A DNA stretch of 64,000 bases from Dehalogenimonas sp. WBC-2 (GTDB lineage Bacteria > Chloroflexota > Dehalococcoidia > Dehalococcoidales > Dehalococcoidaceae), in assembly GCA_001005265.1 (NCBI GenBank), contig CP011392.1:1111902-1175901 (forward strand), given 5' to 3'. The notes under the pieces are model-generated. The model ran no database searches, was not told the origin of the DNA, and worked only from the letters and a program-made list of their open reading frames with translations. Shown here piece after piece: positions 56,865-64,000 of the stretch. Numbering within the stretch: position 1 is the first letter of the stretch; every line of letters starts with the position of its first letter. The position numbers and the translations under genes were made by a program.

Positions 56865-58070
56865 CTACGTCGTATAATCTGCGTTGATCCTGATATATTC
56901 AGCGCTCATGTCACAGCCCCAACCGGTGACTGATGCTTGCCCCAATCCAAGGTCAAGGTGGATAAAAATATCTTTGCCTTGCAGTTGGGCTGCGCTTGTT
57001 TTCTTGTCAAAAGATATTAGTGTTCCGTTCTTTAATATCTCCACGTTGCCTATCGATAAATTGACACATGCCGGGTCAAAGCGGCTGCCACTTCTGCCTG
57101 CAGCAGCGAGGATTCGTCCCCAGTTAGGGTCACCGCCATAGACTGCAGTTTTAACCAGGGGAGAAGACAGTATAGTCCGCGCTACCTTTCTGGCATCCAA
57201 TTTTGAAGCAGCACCCGAAACAACTAGTTCTATGAGCTTGGTTGCGCCTTCTCCATCACGAGCAATAGATTTTGCCAAATGCACACACACGTATTTAAGC
57301 GCCCTGGTAAAAGCCAGGTAAGCGTTTGTCCCTTTTTTTATCTCACTCCCCGACGCCCCGTTGGCTAGAATGAAAACACTGTCGTTGGTTGACGTATCGC
57401 CGTCAACTGAAATAACATTGAAAGATAAGTCCACCGCCCGCTTAAGAGTGGTTTTCAGTAATCTACTATCCATTATGGCGTCGGTGGTAATAAAAGCCAG
57501 CATGGTAGCCATGTCCGGGTGAATCATACCAGAGCCTTTGGCACAACCACCAATCGTGAAACCGTATTCAGGAACATTCACCGCTATTTCTTTGGCCACC
57601 AGATCAGTAGTCATAATCCCACGAGCAAAATCATGACCTCCATCGTCTGAAAAGTTCATGTTTTCGATACCGGCTTTGATCTTTTCCATCGGTAAGCGAA
57701 CCCCGATAACGCCGGTACTGGCAACAAGAACCCTTGCAGGGTCAATTCTTAATTTGTCAGCAGCTAACTGTGTCATTAGCTGGCTATCAATGTAACCGTC
57801 TTTACCTGTACCAGCATTGGCGCAACCGGCATTGACGATAATTGCCTGCGCTTGACCTGAACCAATATGTGTTTCTGAAACCAACAACGGTGCCGCTCGA
57901 AAGCGGTTACAGGTAAACACTGCAGCAGCGTTCGCAAGTTGACTTGATGTCAAAAGGACTAAATCGAACTCACCCATCCTCTTCTTGATTCCAGCCGCAA
58001 TTGCCCCTGCTTTAAAACCTGCAGCAGAAGTCAAAGAACCTCTGGAAATGATATCTAGTCCATTATCCAT
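56865..58070 (-). CDS. argJ: Bifunctional glutamate N-acetyltransferase / amino-acid acetyltransferase ArgJ
   Basis: Autoproteolytic site PDMATMLAFITTDA, KGSGMIHP, C-terminal NADYTT. Confidence 0.93.
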   Translation of the reverse strand: MDNGLDIISRGSLTSAAGFKAGAIAAGIKKRMGEFDLVLLTSSQLANAAAVFTCNRFRAAPLLVSETHIGSGQAQAIIVNAGCANAGTGKDGYIDSQLMTQLAADKLRIDPARVLVASTGVIGVRLPMEKIKAGIENMNFSDDGGHDFARGIMTTDLVAKEIAVNVPEYGFTIGGCAKGSGMIHPDMATMLAFITTDAIMDSRLLKTTLKRAVDLSFNVISVDGDTSTNDSVFILANGASGSEIKKGTNAYLAFTRALKYVCVHLAKSIARDGEGATKLIELVVSGAASKLDARKVARTILSSPLVKTAVYGGDPNWGRILAAAGRSGSRFDPACVNLSIGNVEILKNGTLISFDKKTSAAQLQGKDIFIHLDLGLGQASVTGWGCDMSAEYIRINADYTT

Positions 58071-58467
58071 TTAAGTGATGATAGAATATAGCATAGCTTT
58101 ACGAACAGGGCAAAAACAAAATAGGAAACACTCATTGTAATATAGACAATATTATTCAACGTTGTTGCTAGTGGAGACTTCTAGGCGGACTGCCAACCGT
58201 ATGCTAAAAAGTTACGCTTTGATATTGGGTAGTATTCGACACTTTGATGTCGTAATAGATTGATGTGCCGTAACTAATCGATTTAACTTCCTTATCCAGC
58301 TGATTTAGTTTCAGATCGCACTTTATTTTTGCCATTGGTTGCCAAAATAATGCTAGTCAAGTACTAATACTTATGATATACTCATGGAACTATTTAACCC
58401 GTAAAAAATAGCGGGTTAATCTGCCTAAAATCAGAATGCGGCTACTATTCTTTAAAAGGGGGAGTTA

Positions 58468-60786
58468 ATGCCGGAAAACTCAGTTCTTATCGTCGACAGC
58501 GATCCCGCTACCAAGGACACCGCCGCTTGGCTCAAAGGCGCTGGCTTTCGCGTAACTACCGCATCAACAGGTGAAGAAGCTCTAAACTTGATTGACAATC
58601 AGGATTTTAGCGTAATGCTTTTAGACATGCGACTACCAGGGAAACATGGACTGGGTGTGCTACGTGAAGTCAAAGTTAAACGTCCATGGCTACAGACTAT
58701 TGTTACTACTGACCATCCCTCAGTTGAATCAGCGACTGAAGCCTTAAAACAAGGGGCTGTTGATTACCTGGTTAAACCGGTATCTCCCCAAGATCTAGCA
58801 CAACTAGTTAAGGATACTATTAAATCGGCAGCCAAACAAAAAATGGCAGCCGTTCAAATCAAATCCAAGGCGGCACCTAGCAAAATGCTTCCTCAAGCCA
58901 CCTTCGTGATTAGCTGTGACAGCCTTAAAAATTTGGTCAACAGTCTTATCAAAGAGCGTGAAGCTATCGGTGTGAAGACCAAGAATGGCAAATTCACTTA
59001 TGGCAAGATCAAGAACTACGATGAACTAATGCTGGATTACGATGTCACTGTTAATCCCCCCACAGCCTTTTTTATCCCTGCCTGTGAGACCATTCTGAAA
59101 TATAAACTCGGAGATAACCCTGAAATTGCACCAGTGACCGATATCACACCACGTGTCCTCATTGGTGTTCACCCTGATGACATTAATGCCATCAACCTCC
59201 TTGACGAAGTTTTCATGACTGGCAATCCTGATCCAAACTACACTGCCCGCAGGCAGAATACCCTCATCATCGGTGTGGACGTACTCACTCCGCAACCAAC
59301 TTCTTTTGCCCCGAGTATGGGCTCACATCTGGCCGAAAGTGGTTTTGATTTACTGCTCACCGATATTGGTAATGTCAGTTATATGGTCACTGTTGGTTCC
59401 GATGCAGGGGCCCAGGTGCTGGCAAAATACGCTCAAGTACGTGAACCGACTATTGCCGAAACAGCACGTCAAAAACAGGTCAGGGATGAAGCATTATCCA
59501 AATACCGGCTCTTTTTGGATATGCCCAGAGAAAAGATCCCCCATCTTTTGGAAAACAATTACGACAATCCCTACTGGATGTCGCGGTCTGAGGGTTGTCT
59601 AAACTGCGGTTCTTGCATTATGGTCTGTCCCACCTGCTTTTGCTTTGATGTACAGGATGATATTTCACTGAACATGATTGACGGTGAGCGGGTTCGCAAA
59701 CCCGATGGCTGTATGCTGGTTGATTTCTCAAAAGTGGCTGCCGGTGCCAACTTCCGGGGCGATAAAATGAGCCGTTTCCGCCACCGCATGTACCACAAAG
59801 GCAAGTATATCCTGGACCGGTACGGCAAATTCGGCTGTGTCGGTTGCGGCCGGTGCACCGTTACATGTCTGGCCGAAATCGCCAGCCCGCTTGAAGCATA
59901 TAATTCCATCGCTGACAGCGAAAAGAACAAGGAAAAAGCGCGACGGACAATCACAAATACCCGCCCCCAGCCGGACCTTTATCTGCCGCACCTGGCCAAC
60001 ATAGTTAAAACTACGTCGCTTTCAAATCGGGAGAAGCTTTTTGAGTTTAAGCTCAAAGACGGCACTGCTCTCGGTCATCGGCCAGGGCAGTTCGTTGAGG
60101 TCTATGTCTTCGGGATCGGTGAATCACCCATCTCTCTGACTTCGTCACCCACTCGCGACCACACTTTTGAAGTGGCGGTGCGGAATGTCGGCAATGTCAC
60201 CGGCGCACTGCACCGTCTTGAAGAGGGGTCTGCAGTGGGCATACGCGGCCCATTTGGTAACGGTTTTCCGCTGGAACAGATGGAAGGTAAGGATCTGCTT
60301 TTCATTGCCGGCGGCATTGGTATTTTTCCGTTGCGGTCCCTGATTCAATACGTCCTTGATCGGCGTGAAGATTACGGTAAAATCAACCTGTTGTTCGGCT
60401 CCCGTTCACCTTCTGAGCGCGTCTTCGCAGACGACATGGCTCAATGGGCCGCCGCTCCTGATGTTACTTTATTGGAAACTGTGGATAAAGGTGATGAGAC
60501 CTGGACAGGCAACGTCGGCGTTATAACCACGCTTATCCCTAAAATTCAATTTGACCCCAGGCGAACAGTGGCTGTGGTGGTTGGGCCACCGATCATGTAC
60601 CGCTTCGTCATCAACGAACTTAAAAAACGCGATGTGGCCGATGATAACATCATCGTCTCCTTGGAACGCAAGATGAAATGCGGTGTCGGTAAATGTGGTA
60701 ACTGCCAGATCAACGGCGTATATGTCTGTCAGGAAGGCCCGGTTTTCAGTATGACCCGGCTACGAACTTTAAGGGAGGCCATCTAA
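58468..60786 (+). CDS. Fusion protein: response-regulator receiver domain + 4Fe-4S (sulfhydrogenase beta/AsrA-like) + FAD/NAD(P)/2Fe-2S (gamma/AsrB-like) diaphorase module
   Basis: Residues 1-120 form a REC domain (IVDSD, LLDMRLPG, TTD, VKPV). The middle has CLNCGSCIMVCPTCFC and CVGCGRCTVTC. The C-terminus has RPGQFVEV, SPISLTS, FIAGGIGIFPL and CGVGKCGNCQ. Confidence 0.85.
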   Translation: MPENSVLIVDSDPATKDTAAWLKGAGFRVTTASTGEEALNLIDNQDFSVMLLDMRLPGKHGLGVLREVKVKRPWLQTIVTTDHPSVESATEALKQGAVDYLVKPVSPQDLAQLVKDTIKSAAKQKMAAVQIKSKAAPSKMLPQATFVISCDSLKNLVNSLIKEREAIGVKTKNGKFTYGKIKNYDELMLDYDVTVNPPTAFFIPACETILKYKLGDNPEIAPVTDITPRVLIGVHPDDINAINLLDEVFMTGNPDPNYTARRQNTLIIGVDVLTPQPTSFAPSMGSHLAESGFDLLLTDIGNVSYMVTVGSDAGAQVLAKYAQVREPTIAETARQKQVRDEALSKYRLFLDMPREKIPHLLENNYDNPYWMSRSEGCLNCGSCIMVCPTCFCFDVQDDISLNMIDGERVRKPDGCMLVDFSKVAAGANFRGDKMSRFRHRMYHKGKYILDRYGKFGCVGCGRCTVTCLAEIASPLEAYNSIADSEKNKEKARRTITNTRPQPDLYLPHLANIVKTTSLSNREKLFEFKLKDGTALGHRPGQFVEVYVFGIGESPISLTSSPTRDHTFEVAVRNVGNVTGALHRLEEGSAVGIRGPFGNGFPLEQMEGKDLLFIAGGIGIFPLRSLIQYVLDRREDYGKINLLFGSRSPSERVFADDMAQWAAAPDVTLLETVDKGDETWTGNVGVITTLIPKIQFDPRRTVAVVVGPPIMYRFVINELKKRDVADDNIIVSLERKMKCGVGKCGNCQINGVYVCQEGPVFSMTRLRTLREAI

Positions 60787-61535
60787 TGAGACCTAAAGTG
60801 GCTTTTTTCGATTTCACCAGCTGCGAAGGCTGCCAGCTTGACGCCTTAAACTTGGAGGTCGGCGAGTTGTTAGGACTTCTGGGCGCAGTGGATATTGTCA
60901 ATTTCCGTGAGATAAAGACTGACCGCTCCGATGACTACGATATTGCTTTCATTGAAGGCAGTATAACCAAGGAATCCGAAATCCCCCGCATTCAGGCTAT
61001 CCGCAACCAGGCAAAAGTATTGGTAGCACTCGGTGCTTGTGCCTGTACCGGAGGCATTAACTGCATGAAAAATGCCTATCCTATGGAAGACCTCCTTAAA
61101 GGGGTTTACGGTGAATGCGCCGAGTACTATAACACTATCCCGGCACGCCCAATCAGCGCCGTGGTGCCGGTGGATGCTTACATACGTGGCTGTCCGCCAA
61201 CCACTGCGGAATTCGTTAAAGTAGTTAAATCTCTCCTATTAAGCAAAAGACCGGATATCCCCAATTACCCGGTCTGCACCGAGTGCCGTATGGCCGGTAA
61301 CGTCTGCGTCTTTCAACGCGGGGGTACCTGCATTGGACCTGTTACTCGTGGCGGTTGCGAGGCACTATGCGTCAGCGCCGGACGTTTCTGCTGGGGTTGC
61401 CGTGGCCTGGTGGATGATCCCAATACCAACTCTGAGAAAGACATCCTGGCACGTTACGGCCTCACTATAGATCAGATACTAGAACGTTTCAAAATTTACA
61501 ACTCCTATTCGGAGGTCTCTAAATGTCAGAGCTAA
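60786..61535 (+). CDS. [NiFe] hydrogenase small (delta-type) subunit, group 3
   Basis: TAATG overlap with the upstream gene. MRPKVAFFDFTSCEGCQLD, GACACTGG, GCPP and C-terminal Cys clusters are typical of short group 3 small subunits. Confidence 0.88.
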   Translation: MRPKVAFFDFTSCEGCQLDALNLEVGELLGLLGAVDIVNFREIKTDRSDDYDIAFIEGSITKESEIPRIQAIRNQAKVLVALGACACTGGINCMKNAYPMEDLLKGVYGECAEYYNTIPARPISAVVPVDAYIRGCPPTTAEFVKVVKSLLLSKRPDIPNYPVCTECRMAGNVCVFQRGGTCIGPVTRGGCEALCVSAGRFCWGCRGLVDDPNTNSEKDILARYGLTIDQILERFKIYNSYSEVSKCQS

Positions 61536-62794
61536 AAATCAAGGTTAACCAACTCACACGTGTCGAGGGGCACGGAAATATTCACTTGGAAGCTACCGAT
61601 GGCAAGCTAGATAGAGTGCTGTGGGAAGTCACCGAATCACCCCGGTTCTTTGAGTGGATGCTCAAAGGCCGTAACTACGACGACGTGTCCACCATCTCCT
61701 CCCGCATCTGCGGCATCTGTTCCATTTCCCATACCACCGCCTCCCTCCAGGCCACCGAGTCTGCCTTCGGCGTTAAGCTGACCGAACAGGCATGGCTTCT
61801 CAGAAAACTTCTCTATAATGCCGAAATGCTAGAAAGCCACGTATTGCACGTGCTATTCCTCATCGCACCTGACTTCCTGGGAGCTGATTCGGTCATTCCC
61901 CTGGTGGCCACTCACGGCGATATTATCGTTATGGCGGTACGTTTGAAGAAACTGGCTTATAATCTGGCCGATATTCTTGCCGGACGCAAGACTCATCCCA
62001 TCACCCCTATCGTCGGTGGCTGGAGCAAATTGCCAGACATTGACGAACTCAAAGCTATCCGCGAACGGTTGGAAAAAGCCATGGAAGATATGGACACCAT
62101 GGTAGCCGTCGTCAAATCGGTGGCGCCAATGATCCCTGATTTCCAGCGTCCCACCGAATATATCGCCCTTAAAGACTCCAAGGAGTATTCCTTTATCACC
62201 GGCAAGATCGCCTCCAGCGATGGCGGTACTTTCCCCCTGGAAGATTATAAACAGATAACTAACGAGTTCTGCGTGCCTCATTCTTCGGCAAAATTTGCCA
62301 AGCACAAGCGGGATTCATATATGGTGGGAGCTCTATCCCGCTTCAACCTTAACTCCGAACAGCTTTTACCCAAAGCTAAAAAAGCTGCCAAAGAGTTAGG
62401 CATAAAAGCCCCTATCCATAACCCGTTCTTTATCTCCGTAGCACAGACGGTAGAAACTGTGCACGCCATGGAAGACGCTATCAATATCATCGATAAACTG
62501 TTAGCCAGAGGCCTCCATGAAGAAGAGGTCAAGGTCAAACCACGCGCCGGCCGCGGTGTCGGTATTGTAGAAGCGCCGCGCGGCATACTCATCCACGATT
62601 ATACCTACGATGAGAGCGGCAACATCGTTTCGGCTAACTGCATCATTCCCACCGGTCAGAACCACCTGTCTATCCAGAAAGATTTCGACGCACTGGCACC
62701 TACCATCCTTGACAAACCCGAGGACGAAATCCGGCACACTCTGGAAATGCTGGTGCGCGCCTATGACCCATGTATCTCCTGTTCAGTCCATTAA
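61523..62794 (+). CDS. [NiFe] hydrogenase large (alpha) subunit, group 3b-like
   Basis: 423 aa. RVEGHG, L1 motif RICGICSISH, and C-terminal DPCISCSVH, which is the very end of the protein. Confidence 0.92.
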   Translation: MSELKIKVNQLTRVEGHGNIHLEATDGKLDRVLWEVTESPRFFEWMLKGRNYDDVSTISSRICGICSISHTTASLQATESAFGVKLTEQAWLLRKLLYNAEMLESHVLHVLFLIAPDFLGADSVIPLVATHGDIIVMAVRLKKLAYNLADILAGRKTHPITPIVGGWSKLPDIDELKAIRERLEKAMEDMDTMVAVVKSVAPMIPDFQRPTEYIALKDSKEYSFITGKIASSDGGTFPLEDYKQITNEFCVPHSSAKFAKHKRDSYMVGALSRFNLNSEQLLPKAKKAAKELGIKAPIHNPFFISVAQTVETVHAMEDAINIIDKLLARGLHEEEVKVKPRAGRGVGIVEAPRGILIHDYTYDESGNIVSANCIIPTGQNHLSIQKDFDALAPTILDKPEDEIRHTLEMLVRAYDPCISCSVH

Positions 62795-62810
62795 CGACCA
62801 GACAGCAGTT

Positions 62811-62850
62811 AAATGGGGGGCGTTCTGTTGAAACAGAACGCCCCCCATTT
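62811..62850 (+). terminator. Strong (bidirectional-capable) terminator hairpin
   Basis: AAATGGGGGGCGTTCTGTT-ga-AACAGAACGCCCCCCATTT. A perfect 19-bp stem followed by actTTaaTTTT. Confidence 0.85.
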
Positions 62851-63038
62851 ACTTTAATTTTCATTCCGCGTAATTGTGGCCTCCCCTTACTCATAATGAT
62901 GAAGACTCTGCAACAGCATCACCGGCTTATCAAGACGGGTAGAAGGACGATTCTGGGTTCGGACTAAGCGAGTACTAGCGCCCCCAACCCTTTTTATAGC
63001 ATAATATAGCTACTTCTCGATTGTAAGAAAGGTCTTCT

Positions 63039-64000
63039 ATGACTGAAAAAGTGGTACTGGCCTATTCCGGCGGCATTGACACCTCAGCGGCAATCCCGTG
63101 GCTTAAAGAACACTACGGTATGGACGTTATCGCGCTTACCATAGATGTCGGTAATGAACGTGACTTCACCGTTATCCGTGATAAGGCGCTTAAAGTAGGC
63201 GCTATCGAAGCTATTGTCATTGACGCCAAGAAGGAGTTCGTAAAAGATTATATCTTTCCGGCACTGGCCGCGGGGGCTATGTATGAGAATGAATACCCAC
63301 TGGCAACGGCATTGGGCCGGCCGCTTATAGCTAAGTTGATGGTTGATGTAGCCTTAGAAAAAGGAGCCACTGCCATCGCCCACGGATGCACCGGCAAGGG
63401 CAATGATCAGGTGCGCCTTGACGTGGCCACCGCCGCTCTGGCTCCCCACCTTAAAGTGATCGCCCCGGCAAGAGAATGGGGTATGACCCGCCAGGAGACC
63501 ATTGAATACGCCAGGAAATTCAAAATACCGCTGCCAGTGACCGCAAAAAGCCCCTACTCAATAGACGAGAATCTGTGGGGCCGCTCCTGCGAATGCGGCG
63601 TTCTTGAAGACCCCTGGGTGGAACCGCCAGCGGATGTCTTTGCCTGGACGCGTGAGACAAAGGACACGCCGCAAAAACCATCTTATATCACCATCGGTTT
63701 TAATAAAGGCGTACCAGTGTCTCTTAATAATCGCCGTATGGACGGGGTTGCCCTGATATCAACATTGAACGATCTCGCAGGAAATCATGGCATTGGCCGC
63801 ATTGACCATGTAGAGAACCGTCTGGTCGGAATCAAATCACGAGAAATCTATGAAGCTCCGGCAGCAACACTGTTGCTCAAAGCTCATGCCGCTCTTGAAG
63901 ATATGACTCTGGCCAAAGACCAGGCGCGCTTTAAACAGAAGGTATCCCAAGAATACGCCGATCTTATTTATAACGGTTTATGGTTTTCCGCACATAAATC
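63039..64000 (+). CDS. argG: Argininosuccinate synthase (3' end runs off the window)
   Basis: [17 protein letters not shown] (the AYSGGLDTS ATP-binding signature), then ...[13 protein letters not shown]. The frame is open to the window end. Confidence 0.93.
   Translation, partial: MTEKVVLAYSGGIDTSAAIPWLKEHYGMDVIALTIDVGNERDFTVIRDKALKVGAIEAIVIDAKKEFVKDYIFPALAAGAMYENEYPLATALGRPLIAKLMVDVALEKGATAIAHGCTGKGNDQVRLDVATAALAPHLKVIAPAREWGMTRQETIEYARKFKIPLPVTAKSPYSIDENLWGRSCECGVLEDPWVEPPADVFAWTRETKDTPQKPSYITIGFNKGVPVSLNNRRMDGVALISTLNDLAGNHGIGRIDHVENRLVGIKSREIYEAPAATLLLKAHAALEDMTLAKDQARFKQKVSQEYADLIYNGLWFSAHK

Noticed and set aside
58100-58180. Possible ArgR/AhrC ARG boxes (ttgtaatatagacaatattattcaa) in the argJ upstream region.
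   Set aside because: Only an ATTCA half-site is present, without the TGAAT...ATTCA palindrome. In AT-rich sequence such matches are expected by chance.
1-64000. Scanned the intergenic regions for tRNA, rRNA, tmRNA, RNase P, SRP RNA, transposase, integrase and toxin-antitoxin pairs.
   Set aside because: By eye I found no T-loop (GGTTCGAAT-type) with acceptor-stem arrangements, no rRNA-like stretches, and no ORFs with DDE or tyrosine-recombinase signatures. The absence should be confirmed with tRNAscan-SE, Infernal and ISfinder.

Overview
A 64 kb chromosomal segment that is mostly housekeeping genes. These include mutS, pyk, dnaN, pcrA, the pyrR-pyrB-pyrC-carA-carB-pyrK operon, pfkA, argJ-argB-argD and argG. 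Between them sit several accessory patches. Gene content (CbiZ, B12-radical-SAM enzymes, a group 3 [NiFe] hydrogenase, many TTG starts, possibly leaderless promoters) suggests an anaerobic Chloroflexota/Dehalococcoidia-like organism, but that is inference only. No rRNA, tRNA, CRISPR array, transposase or integrase was seen.

The signals I consider most interesting:

1. One promoter cassette occurs four times between 3.7 and 13 kb. It has Pho-box-like direct repeats at 11-bp period in place of a -35, followed by a -10. Each copy drives secreted, lipoprotein or membrane proteins of unknown function, and the copies surround an OmpR-family two-component system. This looks like a compact, uncharacterised envelope regulon. 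Two of its genes share a conserved leader RNA, a mini-uORF and a signal peptide, but have unrelated mature domains.
2. A second promoter module (TTGACA-17-TAnnAT plus a conserved initial transcribed region) occurs three times. Only one copy has an ORF behind it (a GNxNAxxHGFYS-motif protein). All copies sit in long intergenic regions made of mosaic REP-like hairpin repeats.
3. Two tandem paralogous B12-binding radical SAM enzymes are translationally coupled to CbiZ.
4. A group 3b-like [NiFe] hydrogenase lies inside the arg cluster. Its fused beta/gamma diaphorase subunit carries an N-terminal response-regulator receiver domain. Its large subunit ends exactly at the DPCxxCxxH histidine.

Smaller items: an AT-rich islet with a UvrD-like helicase next to a Pif1-WYL helicase, a pilT gene remnant, a textbook PyrR attenuator, a probable frameshift in a beta/gamma-crystallin protein, and possibly leaderless mutS and pcrA.

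All functional calls come from motif recognition by eye. No database search was possible.
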